Source: Myxococcota bacterium (lineage in GTDB: Bacteria > Myxococcota_A > UBA9160 > UBA4427). Taken from it: a stretch of 42,230 nucleotides of DNA. The translations under genes and the position numbers were made by a program. The stretch spans positions 1-42,230 of the forward strand of contig CAUJGH010000231.1 of the NCBI GenBank assembly GCA_963169575.1, given 5' to 3'. Positions 9,214 to 18,638 of this stretch are shown piece by piece; the first letter of the stretch is position 1; each line of letters begins with the position of its first letter. The notes beneath the pieces are model-generated. The model saw only the letters and a list, made by a program, of their open reading frames with translations, ran no database searches and had not been told where the DNA came from.

Positions 9214-10533
9214 GTGAGAGAGAAGAGACGCTCGGCAGGATGGGTGGCAGCCTCGTTGTTTTCCTGGACGGCGGCCAGCCTCGCGGGCGCCGCGGACATC
9301 CCGCCGACGGACTCCGCTTCGGCGCCGGCCAAGGTCGTGGTCGACAAGGGCGGACTCAAGGTCGACTCCGGAGACGGCGCCTTCCAGTTCCGAGCCTGGG
9401 GTCGGCTCCATGCGGACGGCACGCTGCACGTCGGCGATACGCCGCCGAACTCGGACGGGATCAACAACGACGCCACGGACGGCACCGAGATCCGGCGCGC
9501 CCGCTTCGCGATGAGCGCCAAGGCCTACGAGGTCTTCACCTGGTTCGGCGAGGTCGACTTCGGCGACAACGAAGTGTCGGTCACGGACTTCATCGTGGGG
9601 TACACCGGGATAGAGCGGCTGAACCTGACGGCCGGCCACCAGAAGCAGCCCTACAGCCTCGCGGTCGAAATGAGCTCGAACGACCTCCCGTTCACCGAGC
9701 GCAGCATCGACAACGAGCTGATCATCCCGCTGATCAATCGTGCGATCGGAGGACGCTTCGAGGACTACGGCGAGAAGTGGTATGTCGCCGGTGGCTTCTA
9801 CGGCGACAGCATGGAGGCCCAGAGCCAGAACGCGACCGAGGGCTGGGGCACGGCGGCGAAGGTCGTCGTCACGCCGATCCTCGCGCCGGATCGCGTGATC
9901 CATCTCGGCTTCCGAGGCGCGGTAAGGCGCCCCGAGAACGACAACGAGAGCATTCGCTTCCGCGATCAGACGACCCAGATGTCCGACTACCGGATCGTCG
10001 ACACCGAAAGGATCGAGGACATCCAGGAGGCCGCGATCTTCGGCCCCGAGGCGGCGATCGCCTTCGGTCCCTTCTCGCTCTACGGCGAATACAACCGGGC
10101 CCATCTCACGCGCAAGGGCGCCGACACGCTCCGGTTCCAGAGCGGTCACATCGCCGCGACCTGGAGCCTGACGGGCGAGTCCCGGGCGTCCATCTACACG
10201 ATCCAGACGGGCGAGTTCAAGCGCCTCACGCCGAAGAACAACTTCAGCCTCAAGACCGGCGGCGTCGGCGCCTGGGAGCTGGCCGTCCGATACGCCTACG
10301 TCGATCTCAGCTCGGGCAGCGCGAGCGCGAACGCCAGCGTCGTGGGCGGCGAGGAGCATGCCCTCGACACCAGCCTCAACTGGTACCTGAATCCCGTCGT
10401 TCGATTCATGTTGGATTGGAAGCACATACTCGAGACCAGCATCGGCGATGCGGCCGATGCGACGCTCGTCGCCCGCAATCAGGAAGGCAAGGGCCTCAAC
10501 GCCTTCACCCTCCGGGCGCAGTTCGCCTTCTAG
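9214..10533 (+). CDS. Phosphate-selective porin O/P (OprO/OprP) family porin
   Basis: Blocks FQFRAWGRLHADG, EIRRARF, GEVDFGDNEVSVTDFIVGY, GHQKQPYSLAVEMSSNDLPFTERS and a C-terminal ..LRAQFAF. Start trimmed to GTG 9214 (VREKRRSAGWVAASLF.. signal), 5 nt after GGGGAGAA. Confidence 0.75.
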   Translation: MREKRRSAGWVAASLFSWTAASLAGAADIPPTDSASAPAKVVVDKGGLKVDSGDGAFQFRAWGRLHADGTLHVGDTPPNSDGINNDATDGTEIRRARFAMSAKAYEVFTWFGEVDFGDNEVSVTDFIVGYTGIERLNLTAGHQKQPYSLAVEMSSNDLPFTERSIDNELIIPLINRAIGGRFEDYGEKWYVAGGFYGDSMEAQSQNATEGWGTAAKVVVTPILAPDRVIHLGFRGAVRRPENDNESIRFRDQTTQMSDYRIVDTERIEDIQEAAIFGPEAAIAFGPFSLYGEYNRAHLTRKGADTLRFQSGHIAATWSLTGESRASIYTIQTGEFKRLTPKNNFSLKTGGVGAWELAVRYAYVDLSSGSASANASVVGGEEHALDTSLNWYLNPVVRFMLDWKHILETSIGDAADATLVARNQEGKGLNAFTLRAQFAF

Positions 10534-10562
10534 GAATCGGAGGGTCCCGGGCGTCGGCCTTC

Positions 10563-10603
10563 CCGCGCGAGGGTCTCGCATTAATCGCGAGACCCTCGCG
10601 CGG
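10563..10603. terminator. Perfect 17-bp stem / 7-nt loop hairpin between convergent genes (bidirectional terminator candidate)
   Basis: CCGCGCGAGGGTCTCGC-ATTAATC-GCGAGACCCTCGCGCGG, read directly, 30 nt after the porin stop. There is no U-tract. Confidence 0.5.
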
Positions 10604-10618
10604 GGCGAACCCGCTCAG

Positions 10619-11131
10619 TCAGGGCGGACAGTTCGCCTTCGTCGGAGAGAGCCTCCTTCGCCACGCGGCGACTGAAATCGACCGCGTCGTACCCGCCCCA
10701 GCGACCCGGGAAGTCGAGCCACTCGGCCGCTTCGTCGCGATGTCGGGGAAGTCGGAGGACGCGACGATCGGGCGGCTCCGGTTGGCGAGGTGGAGTCCGC
10801 TCGGGGCCTGCATCGCGACGCCTTCGGGCGTGCCCGTCAGGACGATCGTACCCGCCGGCAGGATCGGCGGCGCGTATGGATCCGCCTGCACGGCGAAGGG
10901 GTAGTACCGGACCTCTCCGTCGCGCTCCATCGGCATCCGCGTGCGCAGCCCCTCCGTGCGGACCTGCGTGGCGATCTTCTCGAGCGGCGCGCGCGCGGGC
11001 AAGATCATCCATTCCGTCGTGGAGCGCTGTCGTTCGACGAAACCGTTTCCCTCGTCGACCTCGAGCCCGATCCCGAGGCCGCTCGCGCCGCACTCCGCGA
11101 GTGCCGCGAAGAGCTCGCTTCCGCGCACCAT
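10619..11131 (-). pseudogene. Possible frameshifted fumarylacetoacetate-hydrolase (FAH)-family-like gene
   Basis: The 170-aa ORF contains LPAGTIVLTGTPEGV, which resembles the FAH motif. The sequence after it looks like noise, while a second minus frame carries protein-like text (EAAEWLDFPGRWGGYDAVDFSRRVAKEALSDEGEL). The upstream 200 nt has no clean N-terminus. Confidence 0.3.
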
Positions 11132-11327
11132 CCACGGCCCGGCCGGAAGGAAGTTCGGTTGCCCCTCTCCTCGAGCAGATCGGGGCCGACGGCCTCGTCG
11201 TCGCCGGACCGCCCGCCTTCGCCGCCGACGATTCGCCGTCCCCGTTCTGGTTCATGCGCCGCAACGAGCCGAGGCCCCCCCTTCGACCGCCGCTGTCCTG
11301 GGCAGCCGAGCGATCCGACGAGGCGGG

Positions 11328-12302
11328 TCAGACCCGCGCGAGAAAGACCTCGAGGCATCGATCGTGCCACGGCACCTTCGATCCCCGCGCATGGAAGCCG
11401 ACGTGTCCCCCCGAGCGCGAAATCAGCGCGGTGAGGTGCGGATTCTTCGACCACGGATAGTCGGTGTAGGTCGTCGCTGGAATCCAGGGATCGTCTCCGG
11501 CATGGAGGATGAGGGTCGGCAGCTCGATGTCCGCGAGAAATCGACGGGCGTTGTTCCGGGCATAGTAGTCGGCGGCTCCCGAGTAGCCGTTACGCGGGGC
11601 GACGAAGCGGTCGTCGAACTCCAGGATGGTGCGCAGCGTGGGGATCAGGGCGCGCTCCTCCTCCCCGAGGCCCTCACTCGCGGCGAGTGTCTCCTGCTTG
11701 ATCCTCCCGAGCAGGTACCTCAGGTAGAGACGGTTGCGGAGAGCCAGAAAACGATCGGAGGCTGCGGCGAGATCGATCGGTGCCGAAACGGAGACTGCGC
11801 CCCGCAGACCGCCGTGCTCGGCCGCGTATTTGAGGATCATGTTGCCGCCGAGCGAGTAGCCGACGGCGACGAATCCGTTTCTCGACGCCTCGGCGGGCAG
11901 TGCGGCCAGGGCATCGCGCAGGTCGCGCGTGCGTCCCGCGTGGTACTGCTCGCGACAGAGCGGGCGACTGGCGCCGGCCCCGCGCAGGTCCAGCAACAAA
12001 ACGGGGTGGCCGAGGCCGAGCAGGTGACTGGCCGTCGCCTGGACATAGGGGCTGTCCTGGGTGCCGCCGAGTCCATGCACGAGCACCACGAGCGGCGAAC
12101 CCTCGCGCGGGGCGACGGGCTCGTAGATCCGCGCAGCGAGCCGGTCCCCGCTCCCGTCGGCGAGCGGGAGGATCATGGATCGTCCCTCGCTCGCGCGAGG
12201 CGGCGCCAGGGCGGGACCGCGCAGAAGATTGCGCAGCGTCTGAAGATCCCCTCCCAGCCACGGCGCACGGGGCTCGAAGTGCGGAAAATCCGTCGACCAC
12301 AT
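11328..12302 (-). CDS. Alpha/beta-fold hydrolase (YheT/ABHD1-3-like)
   Basis: Start trimmed to MWSTDFPHFEPRAPWLGGDLQTLRN. Contains LVVLVHGLGG, the nucleophile elbow GYSLGG, and a C-terminal ..SGGHVGF. Confidence 0.8.
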   Translation of the reverse strand: MWSTDFPHFEPRAPWLGGDLQTLRNLLRGPALAPPRASEGRSMILPLADGSGDRLAARIYEPVAPREGSPLVVLVHGLGGTQDSPYVQATASHLLGLGHPVLLLDLRGAGASRPLCREQYHAGRTRDLRDALAALPAEASRNGFVAVGYSLGGNMILKYAAEHGGLRGAVSVSAPIDLAAASDRFLALRNRLYLRYLLGRIKQETLAASEGLGEEERALIPTLRTILEFDDRFVAPRNGYSGAADYYARNNARRFLADIELPTLILHAGDDPWIPATTYTDYPWSKNPHLTALISRSGGHVGFHARGSKVPWHDRCLEVFLARV

Positions 12303-12399
12303 CGATCCGGAACCTAGCGCTCGCGTGCTCGGCGTCGCAGTCGGGCTGGCGGCGTGGGCAGCGAAGACCGACCCTCGAGGCTCGAAGGAGAAGCGCTCC

Positions 12400-13566
12400 A
12401 TGGCCCAGCCCGTCTCGCCCCCTACCGACCCGACGCGCGAGCGCACCGACGCGCTGATCCGGCGCATCGTCGACCGGATCGCGTCGGGGACGACCGACGA
12501 GAGCCTGGGGCCGATGGTCGAGTCGGTCGCCGACTTCCTCTCGGTCGAGCGGCACGCAAAGGAGCGCGAGCGCCTCTTCCTGGACATGCCGCAGGTCGTG
12601 GGCTTCGCCGGCGAGGTCGCGCGGCCCGGCCAGTTCATCACGGCCGAGGCGATGGGCATCCCGATCGTCGTGACGCGCGCGCCCGACGGCCGTCTCCACG
12701 CGCTCGTCAACGCCTGCGCCCACCGCGGTGCCCGCGTCGCCCAGGGCCACGGGACCCTCGCCGGTCGGCGCCTGCGCTGCGGCTTCCACGGCTGGACCTT
12801 CGAGCTCGACGGACGCCTCGCCTCGCGGCCGAGCGACCGCTGCTTCGAGCCCATCGCGGCCGGCGACACGCGCTGCGACCTGACGCGCCTGCCCGTGTCG
12901 GACCGCTCGGGCCTCGTCGTCGTCGGCCTGCGCCCCGAGATGCCGCAGGCGCGCGTCGACGGCCATCTCGCCGAGCTCGAGCCCGAGCTGACGGGCCTCG
13001 GCCTCGAGCAGGCGAAGACCCTCGACGTGCAGCGCTACGAGGTCGCGGCGAACTGGAAGCTCGTCTCGATGCTCTCCTACGAGAGCTACCACTTCGCGGC
13101 GCTCCACCGCGAGACCGTCGCGACGATGTTCGAGTCGCATGCGATCGCGGACGCCTTCGGCCGCCACAGTCGCTGGGCCTTCGCGCTGAAGGGCACCGAC
13201 GCGCTCGCGAAGGCCGACCCGGCGAGCTGGCCGGCGAGCTTCCCCGGCGCCATCAGCCATCAGCTCTTTCCGGGCACCGTCCTGATCACGACCTGGGAGG
13301 TCGCCCAGCTGATCCGCAGCGAGCCGGGACCGACGCCCGGCACCTCGGTCGTCCATACGGCGAACGTCTACTTCGACGAGGCGAAGCGCGAGGCGCTGAT
13401 CCCGAACGTCGCCCTCGGCACGCGGGCCTTCGAGGAGGAGGACCTGCCCGCCGCGATCCAGACGCAGCAGGGCCTCGCTGCGGGCAGGAAGCAGCTCTTC
13501 GCAGGTGCGAACGAGCCGATCGTCCAGTTCTGGCTGCGGCAGTGGCGCGAGGCCGTCGACGGCTAG
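12400..13566 (+). CDS. Rieske [2Fe-2S] non-heme-iron oxygenase, alpha-subunit-like
   Basis: Rieske motif CAHRG...CGFHGW and mononuclear iron motif YESYHFAALH. Start at MAQPV (ATG 12400) after GAAGGAGAAG. Divergent from the hydrolase gene. Confidence 0.85.
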   Translation: MAQPVSPPTDPTRERTDALIRRIVDRIASGTTDESLGPMVESVADFLSVERHAKERERLFLDMPQVVGFAGEVARPGQFITAEAMGIPIVVTRAPDGRLHALVNACAHRGARVAQGHGTLAGRRLRCGFHGWTFELDGRLASRPSDRCFEPIAAGDTRCDLTRLPVSDRSGLVVVGLRPEMPQARVDGHLAELEPELTGLGLEQAKTLDVQRYEVAANWKLVSMLSYESYHFAALHRETVATMFESHAIADAFGRHSRWAFALKGTDALAKADPASWPASFPGAISHQLFPGTVLITTWEVAQLIRSEPGPTPGTSVVHTANVYFDEAKREALIPNVALGTRAFEEEDLPAAIQTQQGLAAGRKQLFAGANEPIVQFWLRQWREAVDG

Positions 13567-13601
13567 GCGTTCCGGCGGGCGGCCCGCCCAGACCTCGTCC
13601 G

Positions 13602-13775
13602 CTACACCGAAATGATCCTGATGGGCGCGAAAGCGCGCCCGCTCGTGGGCGACTGGAGCAGCTTCGGGACGCGCTGGTGCCAGCGGATCGTGTCGCCGAC
13701 GTCCTGCTTGGCGAGGTGCTCGGCCCATTCGACAGGGAGCTCGCCGCCGAAGGCGTGCATCGCGTTCGACTCCAT
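13602..13775 (-). CDS. Small hypothetical ORF (57 aa), below the ORF-track cutoff
   Basis: Hand translation gives MESNAMHAFGGELPVEWAEHLAKQDVGDTIRWHQRVPKLLQSPTSGRAFAPIRIISV. Composition is protein-like, and it lies directly downstream of the SnoaL-like gene on the same strand. No recognisable motif. Confidence 0.2.
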   Translation of the reverse strand: MESNAMHAFGGELPVEWAEHLAKQDVGDTIRWHQRVPKLLQSPTSGRAFAPIRIISV

Positions 13776-13782
13776 CCCGCCG

Positions 13783-14328
13783 TCATGGCACCCGACGACC
13801 TGGCTCCACGAGGTCGCTCCGGTTCTTCATCGCCAGGATCTGCACGTCCCGCCGGCTGAATCTCCAGCGCCCGTCGTCACCCTTGACCAGACGATCGTAG
13901 TAGCGACCGACACTGGTGATCACCCAGGAAGTCGGATCGCCCTCGCGCTCGATCTTCACGCGGAGGAAGTCGGACCAGGCTCGGGCGGTGGTCTCGGATT
14001 CGAGCTCGACGAGGGCGGTAAAAGGAAGGTGCTTTCCCGGTCCCCGCGGCTTCTCGGCCAGCTCCGCCCGAATGGCTTCGCGGCCGTCGTAGACGAACTC
14101 GTCCGCCGTGAAGACGGCGTCGCGCGTGAAGAGGTCGAGGAAGTCTTCGACTCGACCGTCGTCGAGGAACATCGCGTACTGCTGGAGGGTCGTTCGGATG
14201 AGTTCGAGCTCGCGCAGCCGCGCGTCGCCTTGCGTGGCCGCAGAGCGATCGGTGCAACCCGACTGAACGAGGCAGACGGTCAGGAGGATGGCCCCGAGGA
14301 CCAGGCGCTGGATGCTTCGACGAATCAT
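13783..14328 (-). CDS. SnoaL-like / NTF2-fold lipoprotein
   Basis: Lipoprotein signal LLTVCLVQSGC. The blocks YAMFLDDGRVEDFLDLFTRDAVF....GREAI...W and a C-terminal GRWRFSRR are typical of SnoaL_4/NTF2-like domains. Confidence 0.75.
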   Translation of the reverse strand: MIRRSIQRLVLGAILLTVCLVQSGCTDRSAATQGDARLRELELIRTTLQQYAMFLDDGRVEDFLDLFTRDAVFTADEFVYDGREAIRAELAEKPRGPGKHLPFTALVELESETTARAWSDFLRVKIEREGDPTSWVITSVGRYYDRLVKGDDGRWRFSRRDVQILAMKNRSDLVEPGRRVP

Positions 14329-14365
14329 CGGGGCTCTCCTTTCGCGGCATGTGACGGGGGCGGGT

Positions 14366-14750
14366 GAGTTGCACGCCGCCGCTCACGAGGACGAAGGTGC
14401 CGGCGATCACGACCATCCGCCTCCGGTCGTGCAAGCGGACCAGCAGCGCGAGCAGGAAGAGCAGCACCCACATCGCGCAGGGATTGAAGCCGTCCGGTAG
14501 CCCGAGGGCCAGCGTGAAGCGCGTAGCCCCGGGCGCGATGCGCTCAGCTCGCCGAAGAGCGCCGTCCCCAACATTGGCGTGTCCGGGATGCGCGGGCGAT
14601 CGACGCGGGCGGCTCGGGGCCCGTCGTCCCGGCACGATCGAAGCCGATCGGGATCCGGCCGTCGATGGCTGGCGCCGGCGATCGGGCCGGCGCGCCCGCA
14701 GCCGGGGCCAGGATCAGGGCCGCGAGGAGGAAAGCGAGCCAACCCCGCAT
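14366..14750 (-). pseudogene. Remnant of a DsbD/CcdA-type (DsbD_2) thiol-disulfide membrane protein, frameshifted and 3'-truncated
   Basis: A signal peptide MRGWLAFLLAALILAPAAGA sits in one frame. The conserved LGLPDGFNPCAMWVLLFLLALLVRLHDRRRMVVIAGTFVLVSG sits in another. The reading frame runs into the start of the SnoaL-like gene with no further TM segments. Confidence 0.35.
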
Positions 14751-14833
14751 CGGGAGGCAGTCTCCTCGAACGAACGGCGTTACGCTCGAACCGGGATGCG
14801 ACGAACCCTTTGCCCGTCGAGCGGGAGGCGCCC

Positions 14834-15571
14834 ATGATCGACTTCTACGGCTTCATCACCACCATGAGCTGGCGCGTCGGCATCGCCCTCGAAGAGCTGG
14901 GGCTCGCCTACCGCTTCCACTCGCTCCATCTCGGCCGCGGCGAGCAGCGCGCGCCGGAGCATGCCGCGCGCAACCCGATGCAGAAGGTGCCCGTCATCGT
15001 CGATCACGCGCCGAAGGGCGGCGGGACCGGGATCACGGTCTTCGAATCGGGCGGGATCATTCTCTATCTCGCCGAGAAGACTGACCGCCTGATCCCGACC
15101 GGGACGCGGGAGCGCGCCGAGTTCTGGACCTGGTTCTTCTGGATCATCGCGAGCTACGGCCAGGACGTCGGACTCTGCGGCGCCGCCTTCCACCGCGACC
15201 CGCGCTATCGCCTCGACAAACAGACCGACTACGGCCGCACGACCTACGAGTTCTTCACCGAGGCGAGCATCGCCGCCCACCACAAGCTCGACGCTCGCCT
15301 CGCCGAGCGCGAGTACGTAGGCGGCCGGGAGTTCTCGCTCGCCGACGTCGCGGCGATCGGATCGACAGTCCCACTGCGGCTGCACGGCATCGAGAGCCTC
15401 GACGGCCTTCCGAATCTGGCGCGGTGGTACGAGCAGATGCGGAAGCGGCCGGCCGTCGCGAAGGGTCTCGCGCTCGGTCGGGACGGAAGGTCGGGATTAC
15501 CGGCGGATTACGAGGCGGCGCTCTTCGATGACGGATGGGAGACGCGGGCGAAGCCGGGCCGAGCGTCCTGA
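14834..15571 (+). CDS. Glutathione S-transferase family protein
   Basis: Start trimmed to MIDFYGF.. The N-terminal thioredoxin-like part contains NPMQKVPVIVDH...VFESGGIILYLAE. The C-terminal part is a helical GST domain. Confidence 0.85.
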   Translation: MIDFYGFITTMSWRVGIALEELGLAYRFHSLHLGRGEQRAPEHAARNPMQKVPVIVDHAPKGGGTGITVFESGGIILYLAEKTDRLIPTGTRERAEFWTWFFWIIASYGQDVGLCGAAFHRDPRYRLDKQTDYGRTTYEFFTEASIAAHHKLDARLAEREYVGGREFSLADVAAIGSTVPLRLHGIESLDGLPNLARWYEQMRKRPAVAKGLALGRDGRSGLPADYEAALFDDGWETRAKPGRAS

Positions 15572-15654
15572 ATCGGGACTTCGGATCGATCGTCTGTCCG
15601 GAACGAACCCACGCCAGGATCTGGATTTTCCACGCACGAGAGGAGGATCACGTC

Positions 15655-16536
15655 ATGACGCTCGAGCTTCGACCGCTGTCCGGATCGGTCGCCTTCGAGA
15701 TCCATGGAATCGACCCGGCTCGGCTCTCGGAGTCCGATCGATCCGAGCTTCGCCAGGTCTTTCTCCGACACAGCGTCCTGGTCTTGCGACGGACCCGGGT
15801 GACCCCGGAGTCCCAGCTCGCATTGGCCACGGCGCTGGGCGAGCCGGAGATCCACCCGATCGCCGCTGGACGGCTGGATGGCCATCCGGCAATCCTCGTC
15901 CCGAAGCCCTACGGCGTCCAGGCATCCGACGACCCGGACGAGGTCATCGGCCGCATCCCCTGGCATGCGGACCTGACCTATACGACCGCCCAGCCCCGCG
16001 GCGCCCTGCTCCGCGCCGTCGAGATCCCGCCCGAGGGAGGCCAGACCGGCTTCATCGACACCGTGGCCGTCTACGAGGCGCTCCCGGAAGCGCAGCGCAG
16101 GCGCATCGAGCCACTCGAAGCGATCCATCGGCTGTCCCACGCGCAACGCCTGCTCGGACTCGACATGAACAGCGAGCGGACGCACGAGGTCGCCCGACGG
16201 TTTCCTCCCGTCGCGCAGCCCCTCGTCCTGCGCGATCCGGCGACGGGCTGCCGATCCCTCGCGGTGAGCCCCCTCTTCGCGGACGAGATCGTCGGGATGG
16301 ACCGATCGGAGGGCGCCGCGCTCCTGAAGGAGCTGGAGGCCTTCGCGACGCAGGAGCACTTCGTCTACTGGCACGACTGGCGAGAAGACGACGTCGTCAT
16401 CTGGAACAACTATCGCACCCTGCACGCCGCGGCGGGTCATCAGCAGAAGCACGTCCGTACCCTTCACCGCGCCACCCTGAAGGGAGAGACGACGTTCGGA
16501 CGCATCCTGGCTCCAGACGACGAGCACGAGGGCTGA
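15655..16536 (+). CDS. TauD/TfdA-family Fe(II)/2-oxoglutarate dioxygenase
   Basis: Start MTLELRPL.. after GAGGAGGA. Contains WHADLTYT...PRGALLRAVEIPPEGGQTGF and a late ..WNNYRTLHAA block, both typical of TauD. Confidence 0.85.
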   Translation: MTLELRPLSGSVAFEIHGIDPARLSESDRSELRQVFLRHSVLVLRRTRVTPESQLALATALGEPEIHPIAAGRLDGHPAILVPKPYGVQASDDPDEVIGRIPWHADLTYTTAQPRGALLRAVEIPPEGGQTGFIDTVAVYEALPEAQRRRIEPLEAIHRLSHAQRLLGLDMNSERTHEVARRFPPVAQPLVLRDPATGCRSLAVSPLFADEIVGMDRSEGAALLKELEAFATQEHFVYWHDWREDDVVIWNNYRTLHAAAGHQQKHVRTLHRATLKGETTFGRILAPDDEHEG

Positions 16537-16684
16537 GAGGAAGAAGCACGTGAAGACGACGAGCAGGGAGTTCAATGTGTCTCTTCGCTCTGCGTCCACT
16601 GCAACAGGTGCATGGCGACGATCTACACAGGTACGCATTGCGTGCTGGTCGAGGAAGGCCAGCGCGCCTGACGAGGAGCACGGC

Positions 16685-18103
16685 ATGACGCTGAGCGCAT
16701 CGGACATCCGCAGTCGACTCGATCATCCCGTCGTCGACGCGGACGGACACGTGATGGAGTCCGTTCCGATCCTGGCCGAGTATTTGCGCGAAGCGGCAGG
16801 CGGGAAGACCGCGGACGCGTTCCTCGCGCGGGCGGGCTTCGTGACGATGTCCGCCGCGGAGCAGCACTGGGTCGTGGCCGAGGAGCAGGCGCGCAAGCAG
16901 CGTCGGCCTGCGGCGCCCTGGTGGGGCAGTCCGACGACGGCGATCGACCGCGCGACCGCCTTCGTGCCCGCGCTACTCGCCGAGCGCCTCGAGGAGCTCG
17001 GTCTCGACTTCTCGATCGTCTATCCCAGCGTGGGCCTGATGTTCGCCGGGCACGACGACGACGCCATGCGCGTCGGGGGCTGCCGTGCCCTCAACACCTA
17101 TCTCGCCGACCTCGTCGGGCCGCATCGCGATCGGCTCACCGCGGCCGCCCTGATCCCGATGCAGACGCCGGACGAGGCGATCGAGACGATCGACCACGCG
17201 CTGGACGAGCTCGGTCTGCGCTGCATCGCGATCTCGAGCTGGGTCCGGCGGGTGGGTCCGGGCGGACCCTTCTCCGACGTCTTCGGCATCGACTGCGAGC
17301 ACGACTACGATCGCGTCTGGCGGCACTGCGCGCAGCGAGGCGTCGCGGTGACCGCCCACGGCGGCAGCATGGGCTTCGGCTTCCGACAGTCCCCGTCGCG
17401 CTACATGTACAACCACATCGGGCACTTCGCGGCAGCCAGCGAGGCGCTCGCGAAGGCGCTCTACTTCGGCGGCGTGACTCGTCGCTTTCCCGACCTGCCC
17501 TTCGCCTTCCTCGAGGGCGGCATCGCGTGGGGGGCGCAGCTGCTCGCCGATCTCGTCGGCCGCTGGGACAAGCGCGGGGGCGCGAACATCCGCCAGCTCG
17601 ATCCCGCGCGGCTCGACGGCGCTCGCTTCCGCGAGCTGCTCGCGCAGCACGGCGGGCCGCACTTCGCCCGACCGGACGTGGTCGAGGCGGCGGCGCAAAT
17701 GAACTCGGCCCATCCCCACGAGCTCGACGAGTTCCACCTCTGCGGCATCACGGAGCGCGCGGACATCGCGCGGCGATTCGTGCCGTCGTTCTACTTCGGG
17801 TGCGAGGCCGACGATCCCTTCGTTGGCCTCGCCTACGACGAACGGCTGATTCCCGGCGACGAGCCGCTCCGCCCCCTCTTCGGGTCGGACGTGGGCCACT
17901 GGGACGTGACCGACATGCGGGGTGTCCTGCCGGAGGCCTTCGAGCTGGTCGAGGAGGGACTCCTCGACGCCCGGGCCTTCCGCGCCTTCACGGCCGACAA
18001 CGCGATCGCGCTGCATACGCGGGGCAACCCCGCCTTCTTCGAGGGAACCGCGGTCGAGGGCTACGCGCGCAGCCGCGTCGAGCGTGGCCACCCGATCGAC
18101 TGA
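16685..18103 (+). CDS. Amidohydrolase-2 (metal-dependent hydrolase/decarboxylase) family protein
   Basis: Start MTLSASDIRSRLDHPVVDADGHVME (the D-x-H metal motif of the amidohydrolase_2 family). The remaining 472 aa has the matching C-terminal GSDVGHWD block. Confidence 0.8.
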   Translation: MTLSASDIRSRLDHPVVDADGHVMESVPILAEYLREAAGGKTADAFLARAGFVTMSAAEQHWVVAEEQARKQRRPAAPWWGSPTTAIDRATAFVPALLAERLEELGLDFSIVYPSVGLMFAGHDDDAMRVGGCRALNTYLADLVGPHRDRLTAAALIPMQTPDEAIETIDHALDELGLRCIAISSWVRRVGPGGPFSDVFGIDCEHDYDRVWRHCAQRGVAVTAHGGSMGFGFRQSPSRYMYNHIGHFAAASEALAKALYFGGVTRRFPDLPFAFLEGGIAWGAQLLADLVGRWDKRGGANIRQLDPARLDGARFRELLAQHGGPHFARPDVVEAAAQMNSAHPHELDEFHLCGITERADIARRFVPSFYFGCEADDPFVGLAYDERLIPGDEPLRPLFGSDVGHWDVTDMRGVLPEAFELVEEGLLDARAFRAFTADNAIALHTRGNPAFFEGTAVEGYARSRVERGHPID

Positions 18104-18214
18104 GCCGACGGGGGCACGTTCCGACAGCCTCGTGCGTCGCGGTCGTCGAGCCCGGGGCCAGCGAGCCCGGAGGCGACGGCTGCGCGCTCGCCCCCCCGAC
18201 CTCGTCGCCCAGCT

Positions 18215-18625
18215 TCACGCGCGTTCCTGCTCGAGCTTCGCCCCGCAGCGCGAGCAGTCCGCCGGCCGCGCTTCGTCCCAGCCCGGCAGTGCCTGCGTCC
18301 AGCGCCCGCAGGCCGCGCACTTGCGCGCGCGCCGGTGGTCCTGCTCGAGGCGGTACTCGCCGAAGCAGCCCTCGGTGCACCACTTCCGGAAGCCGGGCAT
18401 CAGGACGCTGCGATGGAACTCGTTGTCGACCCAGCGCTTCACCGCGGCGGCATCGGTCCACAGCGTCGAGAACTGATAGCGGCGGCCGGGCCGGCTCCAG
18501 ACCACCGCCTGGAGGCAGCCCTCCGTCGCCCGCGTCTCCGCCAGCGTGCGCTCGAGGTGGGGCAGGAACTGCGCCTCGCCCTCTTCGGAGAACACGAACT
18601 CGGCGAGGACCAGCAGGGGTGTCAT
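18215..18625 (-). CDS. Antibiotic-biosynthesis-monooxygenase (ABM/Dabb)-like domain fused to a C-terminal CxxC..CxxC zinc ribbon
   Basis: Start MTPLLVLAEFVFSEEGEAQFL.. after GGAGG, 13 nt downstream of the nsrR-like stop. The tail is ..RKCAACGRWTQALPGWDEARPADCSRCGAK. Confidence 0.6.
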   Translation of the reverse strand: MTPLLVLAEFVFSEEGEAQFLPHLERTLAETRATEGCLQAVVWSRPGRRYQFSTLWTDAAAVKRWVDNEFHRSVLMPGFRKWCTEGCFGEYRLEQDHRRARKCAACGRWTQALPGWDEARPADCSRCGAKLEQERA

Positions 18626-18638
18626 GGTGGAGCCTCCG

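Noticed and set aside
11674-13728. 684-aa minus-strand ORF
   Set aside because: It lies antisense to the Rieske oxygenase, which has the CxH...CxxH and iron motifs. The translation is low-complexity.
15508-16707. 399-aa minus-strand ORF
   Set aside because: It lies antisense to the TauD-family gene and has no recognisable domain.
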